From Balanoglossus misakiensis (taxonomy: Eukaryota > Animalia > Hemichordata), in the NCBI GenBank assembly GCA_040954595.2, contig CM082583.2:10181656-10245655 (forward strand): 64,000 nucleotides of DNA. Direction: 5' to 3'. Below the pieces are notes generated by a model that was not told the origin of the DNA, did not search any database, and saw nothing but the letters and a program-made list of their open reading frames with translations. Shown here in pieces: positions 13,901 through 26,400 of the stretch. Position 1 is the stretch's first letter. Each line of letters begins with the position of its first letter. The translations under genes were made by a program, and so were the position numbers.

Positions 13901-16900
13901 ATGGTTTCTCAACATTCAAATATGGCGGACAGAATCAATGACAAAGCTGCTGCTAAGTGAGATAGCGTTTGATTTACCCCCTCCGCCTGACAAAAAATCG
14001 AATCACGATCGATTTCAGAATGGTGTCGTAAATATAAACGACCAGAATGCATCCATTGTGATAAATGAGCTGACTGCGTGTAAGTGGTGTACTGAACTGA
14101 ACAGTGAACGATACAAAATTTGTTTCTGAGACAAAAATGTCCCCATGTGGTGAAAGAACGGACCAATTTCTTGTAAACAGTAGCCATTCTTGATACATTC
14201 TAAAGACGCTGTTTTTTTCTTCATAGGCCACCAGCACCTCTAGGCGACATCATCAAAGATCGTTTTGAAGGTCATGATCAACTCAGCAAAGACTTCGCCA
14301 TCGCCTTCAGATCCAACAAACTGTGCGATATAACCTTCATTGTTGGTAGGCGTCTTTTTGTACATTAGTTCACTCTTTGGACGGCGTGCTTTTTTCGAAT
14401 AGTGATCAATTTTGGAAGTCTAGACAAGCAGGATCCACAAAAACATCGTATACTTTAATATGGGCTTACATGATGAAATACGGATCGGAAACACTATGAA
14501 TTCTTCTGCGTTACACCTGTAGGTGGCGCTCCGTAAAGAGAATCCGTATCAGGCAGATCTTGGAATATTTGCGTTTTTATCAGGCTGAATATGTTCCATG
14601 CGAGGAAAAATACTTTAAAAATGTAGCACAGTGATCGGTTAATTATAACACGGATTTTACATAATGAGACTAATAGATAAAATGCATTATTTTTTCTCTT
14701 GATCAGGAAAGGATCAAGTTAAACTGCATGGTGTACGAGCGATACTAGCCGTGAGAAGCAGGTATGTCAACGCATTAAGCACAGTTGTTGGACCAGAGAT
14801 GGTGATCAGGGAGGGAAAATATTAAATTGGGTCATAGTAACTGCAGCAACGGCCCTTTAGGGTCTGTAGGGAAGAGTATTTAAAAAGACAACCGGCGACG
14901 CTGTTACCGTTTCGATATCACCTTCACAGTTCATCACCATGAAAGTATGTCGCAGTGTAGACGTTATTTGTGTATCGCCGTGTGAGTTATTATGATGGGG
15001 CCAAAGTTGACGAATTACCGAAATTTCTCACTTTTACGACTGAGAGATACCATGAAAACGTTTGAAGCCAGGAGTCGAAATTAATTATTTTTTTATGAAT
15101 ATTTCCGTCGTGGTGACGGTGAAAATGGACATGCTGTTATTCGGATTAGAATATTCTCATTTACCTGTCGTTAAAGAATGGAAAGACTGTGGTAGGCCTC
15201 GTCATATTTTCGGGGGATCAATCAATCGTCACAGCTCTGAAAAATAGCAAACTTGATGGGTACAATTTGAATAAGAGTCGCTTTAATCTTGCATTTTTTT
15301 CTGCAGAGTTTTTCAAGAAATGCTGTATGGTAAAGTAGACGTGTCTACGTCACCAATCCCGGAACCCAAGATTAGTAGCGCTCCGAATAGCCCAGTTACC
15401 AAGAAGACATTCATTCGAATTAGCAATAGGAAATGTAACAGCCACCATGATATTCTCAAACGAGCTTCAAGCGAGGGCGCTAAAGATGACTCGTTGAACG
15501 GTTGGTTACAAATCTCATACTTAGGCATCGTTCCCTCTTTATTCAGAATTACATGACTTGATGTCATGAAAAGTGTACAGACTGTGCCCTTGTCTTAATT
15601 ATTATCTGTTGCTTTATCGACAGGCTTGGAGGCAGAAAATCGCATAACATCGTCTCTTCACAACCTCAACTCGGATAAACAAAAGCAAAACGTCGGAATG
15701 TCGTTTTTCAACCCGGAGAAAAATAAACTACATAAAAATCAGGTGTGTATAGGCTAGTGTATTACCTTACCTGGTCATTTTATCTCATTGTTTAAGACTA
15801 TTGTGAAGCTGCGTACTGAAAAAAAATACATGGTCTAAATTTTATATAAATCAGTCTTTGGAACACATGGTAAAAAAATTCTGAACTTTCGTTTTTCCCT
15901 TCAGTTTATCGTGACAGAATTTGAATGCGATGTATTCTCGGTGCTACTGGACTATTTGCATACTGGTACCTGCAGTATTAATTCTGAGACGCTGGTTGGA
16001 GTAGTGTGTGCCGCCGAGTTTTATGAAGTCCCCGATCTCCTGCAGGCTTGCTTCGATCTAGCTTTTCAGCTTATTTCAGTCAACATGGTAAGTCAGTGGA
16101 TAACGTCTGATTGAGATAGCGCCATCTAACGTCGACTAGACGCTTCCTGATTCGGATTTGGTCTGGGCCAGGTCTAGCTTTCCAAACATGATGAACGTTG
16201 ACAGTTCAGCTTTCACTTTTGATTGACCCGCGTACTCCTGGTCGACAAGCAGCATCATATTGCTTTCAGTAGGAAATGATTTGTGTTTTCGTGTTGCGCA
16301 TAAGCTATGGGAAAGTTCTTATTATATGACCTTTCCTCTCAGCCATTGCTGTCTAAAATACGAAAAGAAAGTTAAATGAAGCATTACTTCATGACAGCAC
16401 AGCAGGTATATGTTTAGTTCTCAATTCCGAAATGTAGCGCTGTTTAGTTCAAACAAACCCATGATTACTAAGAATCCCGAAAACATGTCTTGGAAGCTCC
16501 CGGTGTTCTATCCCGATTTCATCATTTCTCCCGTGTTTTCAATTTCCGTCGGTAGGTTTGTCCAATTTTCCTGCAGCTGGATAAATATCTTAATTTCGAA
16601 TCGGCACGGGAGCTTCTTCAGAAGATCCTCAGTATGGCTGAGATCCTCACCGAGGATTTATTACAACAACCGGGGTTCATCCGTCTGCCGATGTCAATCA
16701 TGCAACATATTATGAGTAGAAACATCCAGGTAATTTATCTTGTACACTCACTAGCTATGTTTAAATATTTAGAATGCGCATCGCGGCCGTCAAAAGCTGG
16801 TATATATTTGACTGCAAGAGAGCTTATTCAAATGTGACATGAACGTGAGATATGTGAAATGCTCACACGGTACTGCTTACATAAATAGTGAATTGGACAA

Positions 16901-18110
16901 GTTCGTCACCCGATTTGTGATTTATTGCAGCCATTATCGAGTAGTTATGGATAATTTTGCCTTGCCTTGTTATTAATGTGCTGTCATATTCACGTTCAAA
17001 AGGGTCAGAACTCAATATATCACACAAATACATTGCCAAACCCTCAATCAGAACGTGTTTCCGGGCGCCGGTTGCGCTGTTTCGATCCCTTGTGTACAGT
17101 TTAACCCCGGGGACACAGCCAAGTATGCATTCAAAGCATCGCGCCAGCAGTCTATAATCCACGTTCAGAAACGTCGATTTGAAAAATTTCATATGTACCC
17201 GAAAGAATGTCATAAACTATATATAAAACAGTGATACATTTTAATATTTTTGCACATACAAATTGCCAATTACGAGGAGATTAAAGAAATTACAGTTAGG
17301 AAATAGATCACAGTCTATTTATTGCACGCATCTCATTTAGTAGAATTACAGTAGTCAAATCTTGACTGATATGTTGCTTGTAACTATTTCATTCTCTCTT
17401 TATTGTAAAAAGCAATTATCCAAACTTGAAAGCATGTAACCGTACCACTCAATCACGCATTTCTAGATCTTAAAAAAGCTAAAGGCTGATGCGTGACATA
17501 AATGTTTTCTTCTACAGACGTTTGAAGACAGACTTACTAATTTTTAAGCTCATTGGTTACACGCTACAAAGACTGTAGGGTACATGTTAAATACTTCGTA
17601 TTTTCAACGGCGGTCCGTACTTTTTCTCATCCAGGTATCTGAGATCGTGAAGTTCAACGCCTTATTACGCTGGGCTAAGGTCTACTCTCAAGAATACAAA
17701 GTCTCTAAAATTGGAATCATGAACAGTATGGCTGAATACATCAAGTTTCATCTGATCAAACCGTCAGATTTGATGAAGGTAAAGTTTTAGCACTCGATTA
17801 ATGTAAATTTGTTTGCAATGAGGGGATGAGAGTTTATCGATATCTTCTTGGAGCTGTTTTATTTGACATGGGTTGAATCTGGTCCTGTGGAAGTGTATGG
17901 ATAGCTGCGGCTCCATAGTTTTGCATCAACTTGGCGTACCGTTTTATTCATTCCCCTCGTTTGTAACTCCGACAGATCGTTGTACCATCCAAGTGTGTCC
18001 CTAGCGAGAAGATTATCATGTCGCTGGCCTATCAGGTCGATCCAGAATCAGTGCCGGATCTTCAGCAATCGATGGACGGCAGCGGATCGGACAAAGAGAG
18101 TCCAGAATGA
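1992..18110 (+). CDS. LIM-RapGAP-BTB/POZ-BACK multidomain protein (Rap GTPase-activating protein, radish-like), 16 coding exons, ~870 aa
   Basis: Phase-consistent GT-AG exons: 1992-2566, 6271-6457, 7548-7692, 8177-8316, 9727-9951, 10899-10985, 12130-12224, 13319-13354, 14227-14345, 14707-14761, 15307-15500, 15624-15742, 15905-16087, 16556-16729, 17635-17778, 17976-18110 (2613 nt). N-terminal LIM spacing C-x2-C-x21-H-x2-C-x2-C-x2-C-x19-C-x2-H. RapGAP motifs YRGGLD, EIMYHVSTLLP, LQRKRHIGND (catalytic Asn thumb), LTKIINGE. BTB motifs CDITFIVG, HGVRAILAVRSRVFQEMLYG, LLDYLHTG. BACK-like end VSEIVKFNALLRWA…LAYQVDP. The start ATG is not certain, as 5' UTR exons are likely. Confidence 0.9.
3105..3211. 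repeat. (TTCA)n tetranucleotide microsatellite, ~26 units, in the first coding intron of the RapGAP gene
   Basis: Perfect TCAT/TTCA array read directly, flanked by CA-rich low-complexity sequence (~2880-3460). Confidence 0.97.
10476..10558. repeat. (GTACA)n pentanucleotide microsatellite, 16 units
   Basis: Perfect GTACA array in an intron. It produces the spurious minus-strand TVLYC-repeat ORF. Confidence 0.97.
13319..13354 (+). CDS. 36-nt exon of the RapGAP-BTB gene encoding (S)RRGSWLPISYC(R)
   Basis: tag acceptor, ag|gtaagt donor, phase 2-2. Bridges the RapGAP and BTB exons in frame. Confidence 0.75.
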
Positions 18111-20471
18111 CGTGACGTCATCAAATATGGCGCCGTCATGGGTTTTGGGCCAGAGGCACATGTCATTACAGCAATACGAGTATTACTATTTATACGAGTA
18201 TTATTTTGGTTCAGATTGTTACATCAGTTAATTCATGTTAATGACGACGATGAGTATTATCATGCACACGTGTGCGCAACACGTGCTCGAAGCTGCATAA
18301 TTGTGCTGTTCAAAATTTGGCATTTGTTTCCATTGCCTCCAGATCCACCAAGAACAGTATTGGGTGTATCTTACTCTGAAATCAAAGGGGTATTCTTTGT
18401 CAGTATTGAGTGTAAAATTACTACATATCCAGTCATTTGATCCGCGTGAACCCCTTTATGCAGGAAAACACGCGATTTCATTTTGCCATCTTCCGAAATA
18501 CAAACGCCATACAGTATTTTCAGTACTTTTTTTATGTACAACTTTGTATCGGTGGTATTATTTTAGGACAACGCGTTACCCATTGTGGTATTTGTCCATT
18601 TATCGATTATTGTACCGTCTCTACCTTTTTTCTCTTGCCCGCAGCAAATATATCAGTACATCGTTATTTACAAATCGATTTGAACATGTCGATTTTAAGT
18701 CGGTGTAATTGACTACCTTCGATTTACAATGTAGTATCGACGTCTTTCGCATGAGAATATCGCATGACCTTATGGCTAACTACCACCTGTCTATAATCTG
18801 TATACATTGATTTTTATGATTCAAATTTTATCAGGTTTTATTCAATTTTTTACCAAAGCGACTGTTACCCGTTTTCGTGAATGTTTTATATGGCTACGAT
18901 ATGGCTACATGTGAAATTCTGCATCTTAAAAGCTGATTATTTCATCTTCTTTTTTAATCATTTTTGTCATTCCGAATATCAATTTACATCTCTATCCCCG
19001 AATGGTCAATAAAAATCGACATTATAAGTTGTTTCGAACTGAGTGAGCAGTTGTGTCAGGGTACTTGGAGAAGTACTTGACGGATCTCACAATGCCACAA
19101 TCACGAGTTGAGCATGTTTAAGCGTGAGAGTGTCGCTTTGCGTACAGGATGAGTATGGTTCGACGTACGGTATCAGGAGAGCACTTTCCGCCAAGTAAGT
19201 GAAGTATGCTACAATGACGTAGAACCCAACAATAATATGTCCAAAGGGGAGAAACCAAACCGGTTAAAATAATTTCGAGCTTCGGTTGTCTCGCTTACTG
19301 TTTGGAAAACGGAAAAGTAAACAACGTGCGCAAAAAGTGTTGGGAATGAACATTTATTTTTAGGAAATTAGCAGCCTTGAACCATGAAAATTATGAGGCT
19401 TTAATTGAAAAACAATTTATCATTTCAGTTGGTTTAGGCCTACATTTGTTAGATCGTGTCAACCATCGTGACGACCCAATCACCGGGATGTTTTCCCCAG
19501 TAACACTTGCATGGCAACGTTGTCCCCACATAAGTTAATGCGTTGATCAAGAACACATATTTGCCCGTATAAAATCACTTTAAATTCCGATTTAAAGAAC
19601 GGGTTTGTTCCGGCCCTTTTCCTGCGCATCCTGTTTCAGACAACACCATGGTGACCTGAGCCGAGCGTTTATTCCTGCTTGAATTCGATAATCTGTAAAG
19701 ATTTTAATTCCTTCGGGATTTTCGATTTCCTTTTCAGCACCCGCGGAAAATCTCAAATATGTACATTCGCCAAAATCTTGAGAATTGTCTCACGAGCATG
19801 AATAACTTGTTAGTCGGGTTACATGTGTTTTGCATTTTTTAACATCTCCCCGTGGCTTCTTTCCGGATTATAGAGTGATTTAATTCTAGCCCACGTATGT
19901 ACCTAGCCTGTGACTTTAATACTTTGGTCGGTAAAAATGTCGTGTGCAGGGAAGTAGGACTGGTTTTGTAGAATTATACTTCAGATCCTGCTCAGTCTGA
20001 CAGGATGCACACTACGGAAGCCCAATGGTTTCAAAATCAGAAGCCTTGGGAAAAAGTGGGTGTAAATGAAGGAAACACGTGGTGAGTGCGCATGTTTCGT
20101 ACGTGACCATTGCTTGATGATTTGACGCTCGAATCTGAACCGAATTCGCCAGTCCCGGATCCGACCTTCATTTTACTCTGAATCTGAATCTACTTCTGTG
20201 CGCAATGTACCGGATATTAATATGTGGCATGACAACACTGACGTGATGCTTATCTGTTGCCTTTGCCATATGTAGGTGTATGCTCGTCCAGTAGTTGCCA
20301 GTTTTGTGATAATGTCAAGTGTGATACATGTTTATTGTGTTCCTCGTCTTATGAGTACCACTACCAGCTTGGACAACGCGTTGTGAGGTCGAACTGTGAA
20401 GCCGGCCGGACTGAACTCAGCTGTACAACAACGTTTCGCCCTCATACCGGAACTTCACACAGTCCAGCAAC

Positions 20472-23400
20472 ATGGAACTTCGAAAAATAATTCACATTCA
20501 AGCCATAATTCTCGTCGTACTGAGCATTTTGGACATCATACAATGCGTTATTTACACAGATAAGTGGGCTGTTCATATCAATGGTGGAAGTGATGTAGCC
20601 GACCGAATAGCTGAGAAGTATGGCTTTATCAATCTTGGCGAGGTAAGCGACACGATCGTTCGTGCCACAGAAATGCGTCACGTCAGTGACCGTTCATGTT
20701 GCCGGTGTTCCTATGTTCTCCCGGCCCCTCCCCTTTGTAAAAGCCGTGAAGTATAGAAGTACATAGTATCCGGCAGTTCATGGTCAAAACCGAAAGAGAA
20801 CCTGCTGGAATAGCGAATGGAGGCAAAACTCATACTGTCCAGAGCAACAATATTACATGTATTGAATAATTCTCTATTAGAAATGGGAATTGTAGATTTC
20901 GTTTGAAGTACCAGGTGCCTTTTGCCAACGTCACTTATATGTGCTTTTATATTTGGCTATAAATCATAACACTTAACAGTGAAGCCCTCCAAAAGATGTG
21001 TCGTGTACAGTGTAACACCTCAGTACTTTGTGCCAATTTTAAAATTTTAATCATCACTGATATATATCATCACTATGACAAATTATCACTTGTCTTGGCA
21101 GTAGGGAATTTTGTTAGAGTCCTTGTAAATGGTTTCCCTTATAAGCTGTGACGGGTGGCAAGTTTGGAATTTCCTGGTTCAAATGAGGCCAACACTTATT
21201 CAAGTGAAATTCAATACATCCTATTAAATCATGTGGTTGAACACGGAAGAAATAAATACAATAGGAACAAATCTGGTAACTGCGTCTAGCAGTAAAAGTT
21301 ATATTGTTTGAAAATAATAGTTATACAGCCTGAAAACCATTCAGCATTTTAAAACAAAAAACAAAACTTTTGTACATTTATGTAGTAAGCATTACCGGCC
21401 TTTTGTATGCCTTTTCCTGTAATGCACTGATATTTTGCAAATTGCGAAGGAAGCCATCCCTTATATATTATAAGTTATAACTTCTCCCTTACAGATTATA
21501 CCAGACCATTATCATTTTATGGACAACAGGGTACACAAACGTTCAGCGAGGGCAACCAATGCGCGGCATCACATTTTGCTCAAAAAGGAACCTTCGGTAA
21601 GTCCACATTGTAAGATGTCTTTTGTCTGTCAAAACAGCGCGATGCCTCTCACTCTATCACTGGAAACCTGATTATCATCTGTGGGGAGTCACTGTATGGT
21701 GTCTATCGTCGGTGTCAATATGAATGTTTTATACCTGTTTTCATATCCCCGGGGTTGAAATAGTAAAAAAAACTACTAGACTTTTGCATGTCTGACGCAC
21801 ACTCGTTACCATGGCGTTTTGTGCTAGAGATCTGCGTCAGAGGCAACCAATCTGTTGCATGTTCGTGATTTGAACAAATTCATGTACAAAATGAATGGAT
21901 GGGCCTTCTCTTATAGTAGACCCTATTGTGATACGAGTACTGTTGATGTACCTTATTTTGATAGTCTAATCAGGAGGATGTGTTTAGCTTGAGAGTTGAA
22001 AATGGCTCACCTGAAGCCAAAATTGAGTGAATTCTGTGGCTTCCGTCTTGGCACACACACAGTTTTGAGTGATTTCATGAAAAGCAATTTTTTTTCAGTA
22101 AAAAAATTGCCTTCATTTGCAACGTGCGTCACAAAAACCAGGCATTATAGTTTTGCCTTGCAGCAGAAAAATAGAACATGAATTCAATATCGCCAGAAGT
22201 AGCTGATTGTTCTGTCTTTTGTGCAAACTGCTTGATTGTCTTCAATAATAACACTCGCGGTAGATATATAGGCTATGTTTACAGGCAGAGTACTAGGAAT
22301 TTAAGAATAGAACAAAAAACTGAAGTTGATAAACTGTGGAAAATGCAATATAAATATTCTTTGAAAATATGAAATTTATTATGCATGTTTAACAGAATTA
22401 AAATAATTTTTATTTCAGTGAATATACTAGCGTTGGTACCGTATATGTAGATATAAAATTAACAGTGATTCTAAAGTATCATTCTTTACTTTGCCTTGTG
22501 TGTAGGTGTAGATAAAAAGATCAAATTTGTCGAGAAAACTCCATCTGAATGAAAAACAAACCTTCCATATGGACACCCACACACGTTTGAGTGAAACTGC
22601 TGCCAGCGCTGGCAACTAATAAGTTTTTTTTTCAGTCTTTTCCTACTTTGCCTTAAGTTACGGCAGTATATGCCTCGGGGAGAGGTTTTTCAGAAAAATG
22701 ATAGGTCTCCAAACCTTTCAGTTCACTGTCTTGTGTTTTAAAAAAGATTAATGTTACATTTTCTTCTTTTTTACCCAGGTGAGGTGGAGTGAACAGCAGG
22801 TTGTTAGGAAAAGAGTTAAAAGAGATTTGGTGGACACTAATTTTAATGATCCAAAGTGGCCTTTATGGTATCTGGTGAGTTGAGCGTACAGTAGCATTGC
22901 GATTGTTTGTACTGTAATTGAAAATGCACAGTTTTTCTCAGATGAGTTTAAAAAAAAAAGAAAACCCTGAATAAACTGGAAACTTTTTTCTTCTGTGGCA
23001 GCAAAGGAAGGCAAATCAAGACATGAACATTGTGAAAGCCTGGCAGAGAGGTTACTCGGGTCAAAACGTTGTGGTGTCTATATTGGACGATGGCATCGAG
23101 AAAGATCACCCGGATTTGAAGAAAAATTATGTAAGTTGTCAATGATGTGAACAAATTTTGTAAGCTGATGCAATATTTGTTATTATAAAGAATGTATATT
23201 TAATTTTACCCCTGAAGCGAAACTTTGGACCAGTGAAATGATGAGAACAAAAATGGCGAGATAGCCATGATTTATTTTGCAAGTTGCATGTTGTCTGCAT
23301 TCTTGTCGTTTTGTGCCGTACTTTGTTGCATGTTTGTGGGTAACTTTTCATCTGCAGGATCCAGCAGCGAGTCACGACGTGAACAGCAATGACGATGATC

Positions 23401-26400
23401 CTTCTCCACGCTACGATCCAACCAACGAGAATAAGTAGGTACTTTGACGTCAGCGCCGACCGACAATCGGCAAACAAAGAAGGTTCTGGGATTGTTTGTC
23501 ACGCTTATCAGTGATCCTGTTAAGAATTCAAGTGTTGTTGGGAATTTCTGACACCCTTGAATTTTTTTTCTTCAACGTGTCGTAGACATTTCTTTTTTCA
23601 TGGTTGGTGATTAGACCAAGACGTCTGAAAAGACTTGCAGCAATGTAAACCCATTTGGGAAAATGCTAGACATCAGTAATGGAGTGATAAGCTTGTGGCA
23701 CCACCTGGGAACTCTCTTTGTTGCTGATGTGTCAGAAATGGTTCACATGCCACATGTGTGCCTGAGTTGTGGGTTTATTGAAAGTGCATTCTTGTTTTGT
23801 TACATGCCAACCAGGATGCTGGCGCCAGTTATGATCTTAACAGCCACGATCGCGACCCACAACCTCGCTATACCACTCTCAATGAAAACAGGTTTGATTC
23901 CAAAACAATACGCATTAAAGTCGTAGCTGGTCGTCATGTGTACATGTGCTTTTTCGTATATGTGAATTTTGTAATTCACCATTTATTTTGCTATCTCGAT
24001 CACTGATTTTTTTTTGTAAATTTGTATTGTAATTTTTCGCATGCTCAGCACCTCAAAATGTTGTGAAATATTGTCTGTAATATTTTAAGATATCAGGAGA
24101 TGATTGTGTAAGATATTGATAAAAAATACGCATGTACTCCCAAAACTGGGATTTGCAGTTTTTTTGAAGAGCCAACCCTGAAATCTATTTTTGTGCTTTC
24201 TTCAGAGGGATAATCGTTAAAAATCTAAAATTGACCCATAAAGCTTGTGTTAGTGGGCACGTTCATTCAAATGCAATTTATTTCCATTTTCATTTCAATT
24301 GATGTCGGGATTGTTCAGTTGGCACGTGATGAAAGTGAATTGATATGATTCGTGATTGTGAGTGATGAGAATTCCGAGCGTGTGAAGGAGTTATGGCGCT
24401 GATGCAACAGATGGTTTCAACAATGCGAGGCTTCCGGAAATGGAAAATGAAAATTGGCTGCTTTTGTTGCATAGGCAGTTTTTTTTCCCATGGTGGTTTG
24501 GGGCTAAATCATCCATTTAAAACGGTGACCTTGATGAAAGAATGGGATGAAAGTGCACGAATAAAGGAATTTTGCGGCCTAACTTGATTGGGGTCCTGTT
24601 GTGTAAATTACAGTGGAAAAAAAACCTGCAAAGTGAGTGATAATGAAAATGTCTTCATAGCCCAGCTGGCAATATATATACATGTAGTTTTTGTGCTCAC
24701 TTCAGATTGAAATAGGGAAACCCCTGTATTGCACACTCTTGTTTTATGGATGTATCCCACTCCATCCAATCAGGGACTCAGTGGGGATGCAGCTTTTAGT
24801 CGTCATTCATTCTGTTTGCAATAACACATCAAGTTTAAAATAAACCATCACTTTCGTCAATTTTTGTGAATTCTTTTGCCACAATGGTTGTTTGTACAGC
24901 AATAGCATGCACTTATGTCTGCTTTAGAAATATGTAATGGTATTTTGCTTTCCAAGGCGCAATTTTGCCATGTCTTCAGTGCGCTTTGAATCACCTGAGA
25001 TTGTATCACCTGTGAATGTATTGAATGATAAGTAAAATATTCAGTGTATAGAATACAGCATACACTGGTTTTAATTGTATGTGAAGTGAAATGCCATAAT
25101 TTCATATTTCATATTAATGATGGAATCGTATTATTTCTCTGAAGACATGGAACGCGATGTGCTGGCGAAGTGGCTGCCCAGGCTGATAATAATGTGTGCA
25201 GTGTGGGAGCTGCGTTTAATGCCAAGATAGGAGGTACGTGCAGTCAAAGGATCATTATCCGATCGGTGAATTCATAGTGCCAATACTAGTAATTGACTTG
25301 TTTGTCTTTCTTCTGTTGGCCATGAGGAAGTTGCATATTTTTCTGGTAATGCACAGTAAGTAATAAACTGGTGCTTTATGCTTGGTGAATGTACATATGA
25401 GTGATCTTGCTTTTCCTAATGTGGTATTGCTATGCATGTAGCCCATATGTCATTGTAATTACAGAGTACAGATTCCTAACTCAAGTTCCTGTATGGTTTC
25501 ATTCATTAAAAAAAATTTCCGATGTCGTTTACAGGTGTTCGTATGCTGGATGGTGATGTGACAGATGCTGTAGAGGCACAGTCTCTGGCATTGAATCCCT
25601 CCCACATCGACATTTACAGCGCCAGTTGGGGACCAGACGATGATGGTAAAACGGTCGATGGACCTGCCAAGCTTGCCAAGCAGGCTTTTGTCAACGGTGT
25701 CACTAAGGTACGACAAGTATGGTTACCTCCTTCTCTGGCACTTATATACTTCAAAGGGCTTCCGAAAAATGTAGGTATTGTGACTTTTCATTTTGTGTGG
25801 CCAATATGGCTGATTTTTCATTTCCTGCTTATAGGGCCGTGGTGGTCTGGGATCAATCTACGTGTGGGCGTCGGGTAACGGCGGTCGCCAACACGACAGC
25901 TGCTCCTGTGATGGCTACACGAACAGCATCTTCACACTGTCGATCAGCAGCGTTTCCGAGAAGGGAGCCATACCCTGGTACTCGGAGAAGTGTTCATCGA
26001 CTTTGGCGACAACGTACAGCAGCGGGGGCTCAAATGAGAGGGAAATTGTAAGTATAGCCAGTATGTCTTCCGATCTTTGACCTCTGATCCGTGACCCGCA
26101 CTTTGTGGTTGATTGAATGGAAGAATGCTGAAAATGTGATGAGGCAGCCAGCCCTGCTCTGTCAGATCTGCTCATCGATATTTTGCAGACGTGCCGCACC
26201 TTGACAGGCTTCAGTCCACCATGATTCCCTTCAGTCTTCTCCTAAATAAAATCCAGCGGGGACTATGTCATTAACGATGACTTTGTTTTACAGATAACAA
26301 CCGATCTGCACCATGGTTGTACAGACAGGCACAGTGGGACTTCAGCCTCAGCACCTTTGGCTGCAGGTATCTGCGCGCTGGCTCTGGAAGCCAAGTAAGT

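Noticed and set aside
22848-22874. Furin DPKWPLWYL appears one residue shorter than the usual DPxxPxxWYL
   Set aside because: The exon is in frame (96 nt), so this is no evidence of pseudogenisation. At most it is a minor indel.
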